Program-made: the position numbers and the translations under genes
The notes under the pieces: generated by a model
Told to the model about the DNA's origin: nothing
Database searches by the model: none
The model's input: only the letters and a program-made list of their open reading frames with translations
Assembly: GCF_009834535.1 (NCBI RefSeq)
Contig: NC_045696.1
Location: 37,884,001-37,948,000 of the forward strand
DNA from: Camelus ferus
Lineage: Eukaryota
Direction of reading: 5' to 3'
DNA length: 64,000 nucleotides
Part shown: one piece after another, positions 1 through 12,498 of the stretch
Layout: each line of letters begins with the position of its first letter
How positions within the stretch are numbered: the stretch's first letter is position 1

Positions 1-118
1 TCTGTATATTTGCATTTTTACATGTTTCTCCAACCAAGTCATTAGTTTCAAATCTTAATCTTACACCATTTCTTCTTGAAATAACTACAGTAGCAAAAAT
101 TCTTGTCAATAGGTTATA
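1..118 (-). pseudogene. Candidate relic exon, runs off the window edge
   Basis: The - strand acceptor gtctcttttattttag ends at 119. An 83-nt GT..AG intron (119-201) links it to the 202-700 segment. One frame is open (YNLLTRIFATVVISRRNGVRLRFETNDLVGETCKNANIQ). Confidence 0.3.
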
Positions 119-201
119 CTAAAATAAAGAGACATTACAGAAAATAGTATGAAACTATGCAGTGACTATGCAGATTGTATGACATGTTTTTAATTCCTTA
201 C

Positions 202-700
202 TAATCTCCATTTTTAGAAGCTGTTCATCTCAGCTACACTCATTGTTGCATCCTTTCATTTTATGGCTGATGTAGAAGACTTCAGGGGTTTTTCTTGTTT
301 TCCTCTCAGGCCAGAGCATCTTAGCTTTCCAAGAAACGCATCTCCTGCCTCTTGCATTGGTGGTTGCTGTCCCACATGCTCACATTTTGAACTGCTGTGC
401 TTTCCTTTTCCAGGAATTCAATGTCTATTCAGTAGTAGTGTTTGTCTTACAAGCTCTTGATTACAGTTCACTTTAAAATTAGGAAAAGGTAGGCTATTTT
501 GTTGTTCTTGTTAGGGCAGTTTGGGTGTAATTTTCTTCTTCTACAGCTTTGCTTGCTCATAAAAAAAAATTATATTTTTTCCATTGACAACTTATTTTTA
601 TCTGGAAATATTCTCATTCTTTTTTCTCATCTTCTGAATGCTAAGACTCAAATTACTGTTCCTTTTTTTTTCAGTTTACTACATCAGAAATGATAGTTTC
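202..700 (-). pseudogene. Candidate relic coding exon, K/E/Q-rich with multiple stops
   Basis: The - strand acceptor ttcattttactcag is at 701-714 and the donor gtaagg at 196-201. The sequence is non-repeat. One frame reads ...KKKITPKLP*QEQQNSLPFPNFKVNCNQELVRQTLLLNRH*IPGKGKHSSSKCEHVGQQPPMQEAGDAFLGKLRCSGLRGKQEKPLKSSTSAIK*... Confidence 0.35.
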
Positions 701-995
701 CTGAGTAAAATGAATAATCGAATGCACACACAAAATATTTCCAGAATATTGTATTATTCAAAATGCATCATGTTAATTAGAATTATCTAAATACTCATTT
801 TAAATGTCTTGGCATTTTAAAGATTCATAATAATAAATTCTAAATTTCACACTTGATAAAAATATACATTAAGAGGTCCTTTATTTAACTTAAAGAATGG
901 CAAAATATTGTCAATATTAAAGAAAGAAATGCTTGTTATTTGCCAATCAAGATCTGATTTTTCTTAATTCTATTCCTGCTATTTGTCCAAATTGT

Positions 996-1095
996 GCAAC
1001 AAATACTTATGTTCTTGAAGTATGCCATGTTTATTCTAGATTTTAGGTTATGGCAGTAAACAAATAGGCTTGCACTCATGAAGCTCTGCTTTGGT
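996..1095 (-). mobile_element. L2 LINE 3' end fragment
   Basis: caacaaatacttat...tatgcca...ttctag...gcagtaaacaaa...cactcatgaagct resembles the reverse complement of the L2 3' terminus. Confidence 0.55.
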
Positions 1096-1502
1096 GTCAG
1101 ATAATACTAATTTACCAAATATTTATTAAATAATAATAATATTTATTACTTCAATTTGAAAGAATATATGAGTAGTAGATTATGCTATCATTTGTTTGGT
1201 TATGTCAAACAATTTTTTGCACAGCCATGAAAGGTAATAAATCACTAAGATAGAATTCACTAATAATTTACTAAACTCGAGTGACTGAAAATTTAACAGA
1301 GTATATTAGATTTAGATTTCACATTTAAAGAGAACCTGAAATAAGCAGATTAATTATAAAAATATATTGATCATCTAAAAAAAAGAAAAGCTTTGCCACT
1401 ATAACATTGCTAAAGATGTTTTTGACAAAGTAAAATTGAAGAAAAATTCTTTCATCGTGAAGGGTTTATCATTGATTTTTCTTTGTCAATCTTTTTGTGC
1501 AG

Positions 1503-1600
1503 GTTTTCCCAAACCTCCACAAAGCAATCATTGATATCAAAGGAATTCCTTTTGATGCCAAAATCAGCTATCAAACATATGGCTTTCCCATGTTAAATAT
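1503..1600 (+). other. Candidate exon, open frame VFPNLHKAIIDIKGIPFDAKISYQTYGFPMLN
   Basis: Long pyrimidine tract plus tgcag acceptor ending at 1502. Weak donor gtaatt at 1601. Frame 0 has no stop. Confidence 0.25.
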
Positions 1601-2392
1601 GTAATTAATTTTTCTTTCTTAAAACATCAAGCTAAAACATAGCTGTAGTTACTATATATTTTTAGACATTTATAAAATCCAGAACAGTGTAAGGAAATGC
1701 AGCTAACAAATTATGCATCTCTTTTAGTAGGTCTTTTTATATACCAGATATTTGGATTATAAAGAAAAACACTTTATTGTAAGAACTTCCAATGTACCCA
1801 GATGGAAATACATTGTAATGAAAAAGATAAGCCCATATGCTATGAATTGGCAACAGCTGTTTCATTTTCATCCTATGGGATGAGGGAGGAACAGAAACTG
1901 GAACACCTTGATGAATATTAAGATGCTAAGGAATAGGATACTGGCAAGATAATTCTACAGATTTTAAATTCTTTGTGGCAATATCACTAAACCTAAAGGC
2001 AGAGTGACAAGACACTACATCCACACATTACAATTATCTGAAAATTGAAAATCTTCCATCAGTGTAACAGTAGTGTGTTTGTGTGTATACCAACACAGCT
2101 TAAATTTCTTTGAGCTATTTTACTGAATTAGCCAGGTGTTCCAAAACCTTACAGACACAATCTAAGGAAGGGCACATGTTTAAAACTTAACATCAACCAG
2201 TAATTTTTTTAAAAGCTAAAATAGACTCTACGTAGAGTCTTTATCATACAATGTAATAGGTAAAATTGTTTACCTAATGAGGCAAAGTGCTTCAAGAATT
2301 ATAGAAAATTACGTATTATGTTTTTTTTTATGCAGTAGTTTTGTTCTACAGTCTCAATACAATTTGCATCTATCTAACAGTACCTATAAAGC

Positions 2393-2500
2393 TGCATTAG
2401 TGGTTTAGGGCACAAGATTTCAAGCCAGATGCTAAGAATCAAAATCAGATTTTACCATCACTTAGTTGTGTGAATTTGGGAAAGTAACAATCTATGCTAA
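2393..2500 (+). mobile_element. MIR SINE fragment
   Basis: tagtggtttagggcacaagatttcaagccaga...cacttagttgtgtgaatttgggaaagtaac matches the MIR 5'/core pattern. Confidence 0.6.
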
Positions 2501-2559
2501 AGCTTAATTATCAATTTTAGATATGGTTGGAGATTTATCACGTTAAGTGTCTAAATAGT

Positions 2560-3120
2560 CAACTCAATTTTGCCACTATCTACCCATAGATAGAATCAGA
2601 TTCCACAGGTAAAGTTCTCAGTCCCACAAGACCACCTTCCACTTCAACTGCAAATCCAAAGGCCAGGTTACCTGTGTTTGATCAGCTGCAAATTGAAATT
2701 TCCAAAGACCCCTGCTCCTTGCATTCAATTAGTTTGCTAAAACAGCTCACAGAACTCAGGGAAACATATTACTTACTAGATTACTGATTTATTACAAAAG
2801 GATATAACTCAGGTGAAGCAAGATAAAAGATGCATAGGGCAAGGTATGCCCTAGAGGTCAGTGAGTGAGACTGAAAGTTCCAACCCTCTAATCACATGGT
2901 TGGTTCTCCAGCCAACCAGCTCCCATCCTTAAGTAGGGTCCGAAAGTCACCCCCATTATATAACAAGAGACACTTTTGTCACTCTCAGCACTTAAGAAAT
3001 TCAAGGCTTTGGGGAGCTGTGAGTCAGGAACCATAGACAAAGACCAAGTATATATGAGAAATATATTTTGGTCATCTGAATAACCAAATATATATTTTTA
3101 GATTATGGATCACAATATTA
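2560..3120 (-). mobile_element. MER21-family ERVL LTR with internal deletion
   Basis: Diagnostic cagctcacagaactcagggaaaca and gactgaaagttccaaccctctaatcacatggttgg. The end atcacaatatta is the reverse complement of the TGTGATATTGTGAT start. Confidence 0.8.
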
Positions 3121-3719
3121 AAACTTTGCACATGTCTTTGTTTTTAGCCTTTTAAAATTACTCTGTTTTAGATCTTTCATATACGACATTGTGTTCTGCT
3201 TTGTGGTTTGTTTCTGAATGAATTTCATGATTTAAAATATGTTGATTATCATTTTCTTATTTTTTAAGATAAGTAATTTTTTATAAACATATTTGATTTT
3301 CTTTTGTTTACACTGTGGAATAAGAGAGGTCTGCAAAATTCCTAGCTAACATTATTATCTTCTGTCAGTACAGTAAAATTGTTTCTTCAGTGGATTTATT
3401 TGTTTGTTTGTTTGTTTTGGTTAGTACGGGGAGAAGCTGTGTATCTTCCAGTGTTTTTATTGTCTTTTTTTGTCTAGCATTACCATACGTTTTCTATTTT
3501 GCTTATTTTATTGCCAAAGGAAATTGCCTCGCTTTTGAAATGTGATCTCCAGTAGGGACATCTTTTCAAGACTTGCACTTCAAATCCTAGGTATTTCTAA
3601 CTAGACGAAAAGAATCTTTTGACAATGTTATGTTATGTATATCAGATCACCACGATGTACTCTTTATCTTACAATCTTCTATGCCTCAATAAAGCTGAAA
3701 TTAAATCAATCAATCTTAC

Positions 3720-4130
3720 TTTTAACAGATTGCTCTATCAGTTACCTTGTATATGATTTCACACATACACAACGAGTATGAGGGACTTCATCTTGCTGAA
3801 GGTGGTTTTCAATTGTTGAAGGTAGTCTTTAACAATTAAAGTTCATTGGTTCCTTTTTACTTTTAAAAGGTGGTCAGTAACTATTTTAAATTAGAATGTG
3901 TCTGGGATTACATTTCTACTGGACAACAATCTAGACACTTCACAGTATTTAGGGAGGTGCTTTTTTTTTTCAGAAACTACATGATTTCAGTTGTCTCTTT
4001 CTTTAAGAGTGATGTTAGCAGCCAGTGAGGACCATTGCCTACACCCACTTTTTCATTAGGTGTTACAAACGAGCAAGATTCTAATTCTAAAACCCATTCT
4101 TAACTTTTTAGTTAAAACCATTATATAAAG
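3720..4130 (-). mobile_element. Old L1 (L1MC/L1ME-type) 3' UTR fragment
   Basis: gccagtgaggaccattgcct...ttcattaggtgttacaaa...ttctaattcta is typical of antisense L1MC4/ME 3' ends. Confidence 0.5.
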
Positions 4131-4332
4131 CATTATTTTTTTTAAGCATTATTCTTAAATTTGGAATTTATGGTACTTCTTCATGTCTTCTTTTATGTTT
4201 CAGGTAGACAACAATTTTGAGCAAATTATACATTTTTTAGAATATTGAGCATGATGCTTAATAAAATAATACAAATCAAAATATGCAATCTAAAAAACAT
4301 CACACACAATAACTTGAAGATACACTGATTGA

Positions 4333-4554
4333 TTGCAGATACTAACTGGTATACATAAAATAGATAAACAGGTTTATACTGTATAGCACAGGGAACTATA
4401 TTTGATATCTTGAGGTAGCTTACAGTGAAAAAGAATATGAAAACGAATATATGTATGTTCATGTATGACTGAAGCATTGTGCTGTACACCAGAAATTGAC
4501 AGAACATTGTAAACTGACTATATTTCAATAAAAAAAAAGTGAAAAAAAAACCGA
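4333..4554 (+). mobile_element. 5'-truncated lineage-specific L1 3' tail with TSD
   Basis: tatactgtatagcacagggaactata...gtaaactgactatatttcaataaaaa followed by an A-tail. The 17-bp TSD is gaagatacactgattga (4316-4332) / gaaaatacattgattga (4555-4571). Confidence 0.92.
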
Positions 4555-4775
4555 GAAAATACATTGATTGAAATAAGCTACCATTTGTTTGACTGAATTG
4601 AACTGATGAATGCTGGCTTTATAGAATCTTACCAAATTTTTTCAACTGTATTGAATATTAAGAACATAATATGATTATGTGAAAATCATAATTTTTAAAT
4701 CTGTGAAATAAGTCTAAAGAGAACTGTTCCTTACATTTTCCTTCTGAATACTGTCAAACCACCGTGAGCTATTTG

Positions 4776-5300
4776 TGTATCAGGGAAGAACAAGTATGGC
4801 TCCATACTGGATCTGTGTTTTTCCCGTTTGTATTCTCTCAATTTTGCTACAAGTTGATCACTTAAGGGATGTTGCCTGAAGCTTTAAGTATACATATTGG
4901 CCCATGTCAGGGAACCCTGCCTCCCATGCCTGAGTATTAAGCTAAAACACCTTTGTTTAGCTCTCAGGAATCACCCTGACCAGGCCTACCTATAAATGGC
5001 TACAGGAAAGGAGAAATGAACACATCCCCTACCCTCCAAAGTCTGGCTGGAACCAGGAAATATTTGCAACAACTTATCCCCCCTCCTTTTTTTTTTTTTA
5101 AACTCCTCACCTCCTCCTCTTTGTTTTATAAAAGAAACTAGCATCCAAACCTGGGCAAAATGGTTCTTTGGCGCATTAATCCACCATCTTTTTGGTCTTG
5201 TGGCTTTTCAAATAAAGTTGCTATTCCTTGCCTCAACAACTGGTCTCTCAATTTATTGGCTTGTTTGCAGTGAGCTGTACAAGCTTAGACTCCCAAAAAC
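4776..5300 (+). mobile_element. ERV1-type solo LTR (artiodactyl MER41-like)
   Basis: Starts tgtatcagggaagaac. TATA-like tataaaag near 5127 and AATAAA at 5211. The 3' end cagtgagctgtacaagcttagactc resembles the MER41-like U5. Confidence 0.75.
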
Positions 5301-6263
5301 TTTCTTCTTCTGAGAACACTTTTTATAAGCATCACACTTCCAGTATAGTTTTACAGTGTACTCTTTAATAGTGAAAGTAATTTTTTTTAGAATTCTCAAA
5401 AGGATAAGACTATAATTTTACTAGGAGAACTACTCATACTTTTTTTTTCTCTAACAAATAATAACTAAATTTAACAACTTAAATTGCAATGAAGAAAATT
5501 CCTTTTCCTATCTAGCAACACAGCAATTGCTTGCTAGAAAGCTGATGATTAAAAAAAATTCAGATTCTTTTTTCATTACAGGAGTCATTGTAAATAAATA
5601 GAATATGTAATATTTTATGCTATTTGTAAACTCTGTAGTTCCTAGAATCAAATTCAAGAACTGGGGGTTTAAAATCATTCAATCCCCAAACCATTAATTT
5701 GTTATGTAAATTAGATAGGGAAATATAGATGTGGGGATGGAGTTTTATACTATAAATCAACCCCCTAAAGTCTTTAGACTAAGATTTTATTGAAGATTTC
5801 ATCAATTGCCTACTAATCCTAATAATAAGGAACATTAACAATCCTTCACAATGTAATTTTCTAGTGAATTTTCTCTCAGTTTTGTTTCTCCCTAATGCAC
5901 CCTTTACAAATCTAAATTCATCTGGCTAATTTTTGTAACACAATTGTACTGTTAATTTTTAAATAAATGAAATCTTGTAAGCAGCATAGGCTATTGAGGG
6001 GCTATATTTCTCACTTTTACAGGATGGTCAGATATTTTTAATTCAGATTTTTTTTAATTTAATAAATCATTGCCTCTTGTACTTGCATAAAAAGTTCAAT
6101 AGAAAACATAGCATAGATTACCACACAATTTAAGTTTTATGTTGATAAAGATATATTTTGACCACTTACAGATATTTTAATAACAGTGTACACCAACAAA
6201 TTTCTGATCACAATTAACTTCTAGCTGCAAACGAAATGTGGGAAATTAGAGTTTAAAAAAAAC

Positions 6264-6407
6264 CCTTCTCACTCTCTCTCTCTCTCCGTCCCCTCCTTCT
6301 CTCTCCCTTTCTTACTCTTTCTTTCTCTCCTTCTCTCTGTCTTCCTGCCTTTGTCTCCTTCTCTCTCTCTCTCCTCTTCCTGTCTCTCTCCAACCTCTCT
6401 CTTTCAC
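6264..6407 (+). repeat. CT-rich polypyrimidine low-complexity tract
   Basis: About 140 bp of almost pure C/T with (CT)n runs. Confidence 0.9.
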
Positions 6408-7528
6408 TGAGCATATATGCCAATATTTTATGGCAACATCAAAACAAACTGACTATAGGATTTATATGAGAGGTTAAAGATTTTTTAACACTTTCCATTT
6501 GCTGGTAACAGAAATTTTCACCTTTTTTAGACAAAATTTACCTCTGTTGGATGAGGACATATCTACATCTTTCTTCTAAATTTCTGCTTTTCTTATAAAA
6601 AAAACTTCTTAAAATGCAAAATTATTACTGAATGTTTTACTGAAATAAAGTGTTTTATCTGTATTTACTTTTACTGTCAAAAAGTCCATGATGTTTCCTG
6701 TTGACTGAGTCCCTGTTCACCAGCTATAATTGATTCGTTTTAAACTGTGTTAACTTGGGGAAAAAGAAACAAAAACAAAAACAATCTGAACTTAGCATTT
6801 TCTGTTAAGCGAGCCAAAAGCTGAATATTGTCATCAGTGATCTTCCAGAAAGGATGGTACTCAACTCAGAAACATGCATTTTAATCACTGAATAGATTTA
6901 CCTATGGTGATGGTTGGTGGAGGGTAGAAGGGAGTCATAAGAGGAGGAGCATATTCTTGTTTCTCATCTGTTCTGGTGGAATCTCTGGATAAGCAAAATG
7001 CCATAGCTTTGTGAGCTCCCAGCAATTTCTAATTTCTTTACACACACAAAAAGACCTTTAAGTATTCATGTCTTTTGTGCTTCTGCTTGCTCCCATTCCA
7101 CCCTTTTCTGTGAGCATTGTCTATACCTGCATTCAAAGTGACTGCAATTACTTCACACTATGGTAATGAAATGGGTCTCAATTTAGATATGTCATACTCA
7201 AATTTGCAAAGAAAATATAACTTGTTTACTCTCTATAGATAAAATGATACTGACTTCCTTTCTCCTGCCATGCTTGCTACTTTACAACAATCACTATTTC
7301 CAGTTAAAACAATATCTTCCAAGTCACTCAGTCACACTTGGGCAAATTCATGGTCTCATAATGCCTCTTTCTTCTGATGTTACTGCTTCTGAATATATTG
7401 GATGAAAAGGCAGGTCAACAATGATCTCTTGTGATCTGTGGTTATTAGCACGATTTGTGTTTTAGTTCCTCTGAATCCTTCCTAGTCCTTCCCAGGCATT
7501 TTAAAAGCTGTAAGACTTGGAGACTCTC

Positions 7529-7615
7529 TGTGTGAGTGAGTGAATGAGAGTGAGTGAGTAAGTGTGAGTGTGTGCGTGTGTGTGCGTGTGTGTGCGTGTG
7601 TGTGTGCGCGCACAC
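7529..7615 (+). repeat. Compound (TGAG)n/(TG)n/(TGCG) microsatellite
   Basis: Seen directly. 7568-7615 is uninterrupted alternating purine-pyrimidine. Confidence 0.95.
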
Positions 7616-10426
7616 TGTTTTGGTTTCTTTCTGGTCAGTGCTCAGTTTCCTTTCCTGGCTGAATTGGGTCAATCATGCTTGGTGCTGTAGACTGTTCATA
7701 AATCTCACCTGCATGCTCCATCTGGCTTATCCCTACCCCATCACATCTGTGGCAGCATCACTTTGTCATTTGCCACAGAAATTCTCATGGTAGGCTTCCT
7801 AGACATTTACTCACTGCCCCCATATGGCCTATGGGAATTCCTGAAGACGTTCTAAATCACCTGGGAATGGGAAGACTTTGAAGTTCAGACTCAATCCTTC
7901 TCTTCCTTTCAGAAATGCTGCCTTTGACCATGCAGGAGGCTTATATAGGATTCCCTGTGGCACTGGTTCTCCCACAGTATCCAAACAAAGAATGGGCCAT
8001 TTGACTCTTTGCACTCCTTGACAGGAGCTGAGTTCATACATCCAACTATATGTCTTTCATTCACCCACCCATATCCTTCGTCCCCTACACTCCACCTCTA
8101 TCCCTAACTTGAGTAAAGATGGGCTTAGTGGAGTAAACTCCACAGTAAAGGCATCATTGACTAAAAAGTCCATCCTTTATAAATTTTGGAGACACCTTGT
8201 TACATGAGCCAACCAGGCTTTGCTTTAGATATGAAACAATGAAAAACTGAGAACTAGTGATAACAAACTCATAAATATTTTAACTTAATATTCACAAAGA
8301 CCATCCTAGATACATTAACATTTACTTTCATGCATCATCTCCAGATAAATTTTAAACAAAAATAAAAGTTAGGAAAACACCAAAATTTATAAAGATCAGT
8401 ATTATAAAGGAATATATTTAAACATAGTTATGATAATATTTATGCAAATGAAATAAAGCTTACCCTGTTTGAAATGATGTAAGATATCTCCCGAGGCCTT
8501 ATTTCTTCTAAAATTTTATGACTCAATATATACTTACGGTGCTACTCAAATAGTAACATCTTATATTGTCACGATTTTCAATTTGTATCATGCACTCATA
8601 TATACACAAGTTAATCAAAAACCCTAAACTTGTTTCGACAGTACAAGTTATGATTATCCAAGATTCTGAACAAATTGGTTTTTAAAAAACAATGAGTTGG
8701 TGCAACAAAGTGCAGGCAAAACTCAGAAATAAGTCATCCTCTTAGTTCCTTCCATTTGACGCCCTTAGCCTTCTGAAACTGATCCCCTTGCCCTTATTCT
8801 CCCCCTCCCAATTGTTTCTAAGGGCTGCTTTGGTTTCTCTTACCCACTTTTCCAAGGACTATCTCATTGCCACTCCCAAAATGGGGAAACGACCTTACTG
8901 GAAAATTTACTATTCTCGCACTCAGTTTGATAGGCTCTAGGAGTTCGTATTTTCTTTCTTTCAAGAAAATATTTCTCTGGATGAAAGTGAGAGAGAAAAG
9001 AAAGGGAAGTAGAACCCCACACAAAGAAACAAGATATAATCCTACTGCAATGTGACAAAGAGATTAGTCTTTATCCTCTAGGTAAGGAGTGGCTCTTTTT
9101 AGTAGGTTGTATAATGCCCCTCCTCTGAAAGATGTGCTTAAAGATTCCAAGAACCTGTGAATCCTTACAAAATAGATATTGCAAATAACAAATATAACTT
9201 GGGGTTAAAGGTGATGAATTAAGCTTTCTACACAGATTTTCACAAGTGAGCAGTAACAAACTCATTTTCCTTTTTCAATTATTCATCACCTAATAGCCAT
9301 ATATAGTACTTCCTGTTATAAACCTTAACATCAATGCATATAATAGAGGTTATTCTCAATTTGTTTTAAAATAAAAAATAAATGATGAGATGACAGTCCC
9401 AATGTAGACAGAGGTTTCTGCAAAGTTAGATATGAAATAAGTATGTTTGCTACTTTTAGAAGGGATCTATAGTATAAGCATTATCAACATTTTCATTAAC
9501 TTTCTGTATCATTTCCTATTATGAACTGCTTATCAATCCTCAATGCAGCCAGTTCTAGCTTTCCATTAAACTTATCTGAAAGGGGGTAGGGGTGAGAATA
9601 AGACACCAACAATAGTACTGAAAACTTTTATTGACAGATTATCCAAATTTAATGTGAAGTTTCAGAATAATTTTGATTAAGTACTGATTACTTTTACCAA
9701 GGCTTACCCTCATGATAAATAACAATTTTTAACTTTTCCCTGCTGTCCTTTGTGCCCTTCCTCAACCCTCTGCTCAAATAATGGTCTTCAATACAGAGAA
9801 GAAATAAATTAGGTCTCTAAACACATTTTAGAAACATTACGAGGCAATAGATTTTCAAAGCTGAGTTTTTCATGTACATTAGTTCATAGATTGTTCCTTA
9901 GTTTGAATGTGTTTCTGGTACCAAGACTTAAGACTACTTTCACCTAGGGAAATTACTGTTTTAGGACTAGGACTGGGGAAGCCAGAAAGGAAGAGTAGAG
10001 ATGTGTGTGGATAGATTAGATAAAGAGGATTGGATTTGGAGAGACAATTTACACAAAAATAGAAGAGGTATTTATCAAGATCTGAGTCTTGGAAGAGAAG
10101 TCAGCTTTTCCAACATAAGGAAAATATATTAAAAAAAAATCTTGAGGAAGATCACTCTGGTGGGTCCCTGCCAGCATATTCCCTGAGGTTAAGTTTCTAA
10201 ATGAGCTAATCTTATCATGAGCCCACAACAATATATATATACTTTTAATATTAGCAAATTGGTTGCAACTTTATACATACAGAAAATATACTGTGACCAA
10301 ATAAAGTTTATACAAAGAATGCAAAAATCAAATAATGTAATGTACCAAACTATTAATGTAAAACCCCCAAAAGACATCTTGAATGAACAAAGTCACTTTC
10401 CTTAAATTGTAGAGTCATACTTTAAA

Positions 10427-10539
10427 AAATGTCATTTGAAGTGAAGTAAGCCAGAACTTATTATAAAACAGAAACAGACTCACAGATGTAGAAAACAAAC
10501 TTATGGTTACTGAGGGGAAGAGGGTGGGAAGGGATAATT
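10427..10539 (+). mobile_element. L1 ORF2-end/3' UTR fragment, internally deleted
   Basis: aatgtcatt..aagtgaagtaagccagaa is joined directly to aaaacagaaacagactcacaga...ggttactgaggggaagagggtgggaaggga (compare 22170-22340). Confidence 0.8.
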
Positions 10540-10796
10540 ACTTCAGCTGGATCATAGCCAGAGAACCAAAACAACGTAAGCCCTTGATTTATTAGACGCT
10601 GGACCTCAGCCATTCCTCCTCAAAACAATGGCTCAAGCCTCACTCTTCTGAAGGGTTCCAGAAGCCTGGTGCAAACAGATAACAACACCCTTTTCCTATC
10701 TTTCTCTGCTTAGACACTCCTCAAGTCTGTGACATTTTTAAAGACTATTTCTCAATATTGTTATTAAAATGTTCATAGTATATTTGTGTGCTCTTT

Positions 10797-10870
10797 GTTT
10801 TTAATTGAAGTACCATTACAATGTGTCACTTTCTGGTGTACAGCACAATGTCCCAGTCTCACATATACAC
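10797..10870 (-). mobile_element. Very short L1 3' tail
   Basis: ttttaattgaagta...acaatgtgtca.tttctggtgtacagcacaatg is the reverse complement of the tail at 4470-4530. Confidence 0.8.
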
Positions 10871-12067
10871 AAATATATCTGATGTGCTCTATTAGATACT
10901 TTAAGTTTAATAAGCATAATATATTCATAAAAGTGATTTCTTTGCCTTGGGGATATTTCTTCTATAAACTTGGAAACTATAAAACTAGTAAAATAGAAAG
11001 AATATGAAGAGAACTTTCTGCATGCTAGAGATGCTAAATATATCTCTTTAACAACAGTAGTATTCTAAGTCACCAAAAGTATTTCTCTACATAACATGGA
11101 TAAGATTATTGCTTATTAAAACTATATGATAAGGAAACCATACTTGTTTACATACATATTCTCATCCATTGTAAAAACATTTGGAATATGTGCTTTCAAT
11201 TTAGACTCTCTCAGATTACTAAGACAGGAAATCAAGCACAGAACATCATGGCATGATCTATGTTGTCCTATTTGGTAACTGATCAACTGACAGTATTTTA
11301 CTGTTTAAAAAACCAGTAGTGAACACACACTTTTTTCTGAAGATAGGGAAAATGGCTTGGTGTCCTATTTATATTTACCAACTTCTGCAATAAAACTGAA
11401 AGTAGTCAATGTTTACTTGAGTGATAATGAATAAAAGTACTATGTATTTTAACTATGATAGAATACAAAATGAGTAAAAAGATTGGTTTCAATATTACTA
11501 TTTTAGCCGATGCCTAAGAAAAGTACATATTACTATGTTAAAAGTATACAGCCTCAGTCGATCTTAGGTTTTCACTAAAGCTGTGGGTACAGATCTGTCC
11601 CTCTTTTTGACACAGCAATGACAACAGCCCTTCCCATAGAATGATGAAAACCTAATGCAATGAGAATTTCTGATCTCCCTGCTACAATCACAAATTCTTT
11701 CCCTGATGCTCTGCCAGGAAGTGTTTCCTCTGAGAACAACGCTCAAATTTTGCATTACAGAACTCAAAACCACTTAAACTCAAAGCATTTTAGATATCCA
11801 CATGTACACTAAACTTGAAAGACTGAAGTTGAATTCATGTGGGGGAGTGGTCTCTGATTCGCAAGAAGAAACTATAAACATTTCTTTTCTGTCTTGAAAA
11901 TTAAGTGCTCCATGGATGAGATCATTGGTTTTGTATCAAGTTTGATTTAGTTTTCTCATTTCTTTTGGGATGCTGTGCTTTTGTGGTATGTCATGAATAA
12001 CAGAATAAAAGGCAATAATGCAGGGTTCACTTGCTTAAGATTCACCATAGTAAAAAACTGTGCTTGA

Positions 12068-12070
<3 letters not shown>

Positions 12071-12103
<33 letters not shown>
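12071..12103 (+). repeat. (TG)16 microsatellite
   Basis: Seen directly. Confidence 0.97.
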
Positions 12104-12105
<2 letters not shown>

Positions 12106-12498
12106 AAGTGTGCATGCACATGTGTGGGCTTATGAGCACATGTGCACATGTTTATATGTCTTGCATTCGGTAGGAATTGATTTGCTCAATAAATTATTAG
12201 GTGATGACGTGTAAGATTTATTGTATTTTTTTTTTTTTTTTGAGATCACTTGAGTACCTTCAAGGAAAATGTTGAACTACACTTAAATTCTTCTAAAACA
12301 AATCAAACTGAATTTGTGTTAAATGTTTCTGTTTTCTCTGAAAATATTATTTGAAAGTGACTTTTAAGAAGTTACCATAAAAAAGAGCTTCTTTTATAAC
12401 TATTCAATATTGCAAATGAAGAACTAACAAACTCTCTATTTCCTTAAGGAATCACCCAGGTATTTTTTTGACTTAGATCCCTAAGAAAGATTTTAAAA

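Noticed and set aside
1452..1600. Kinase-like CLIADFG on the - strand
   Set aside because: No HRD upstream or APE downstream. A chance DFG match is more likely.
7440..8120. Possible ancient LTR around the TG repeat
   Set aside because: GC-richer and LTR-like in texture, but I cannot identify termini, a TSD or a family.
8464..8845. Cluster of - strand donors (gtaagc 8463, gtaagt 8537, gtaaga near 8843) and a 44-nt mini-exon
   Set aside because: The implied 30-nt intron is too short, the acceptor is weak and no peptide is recognisable.
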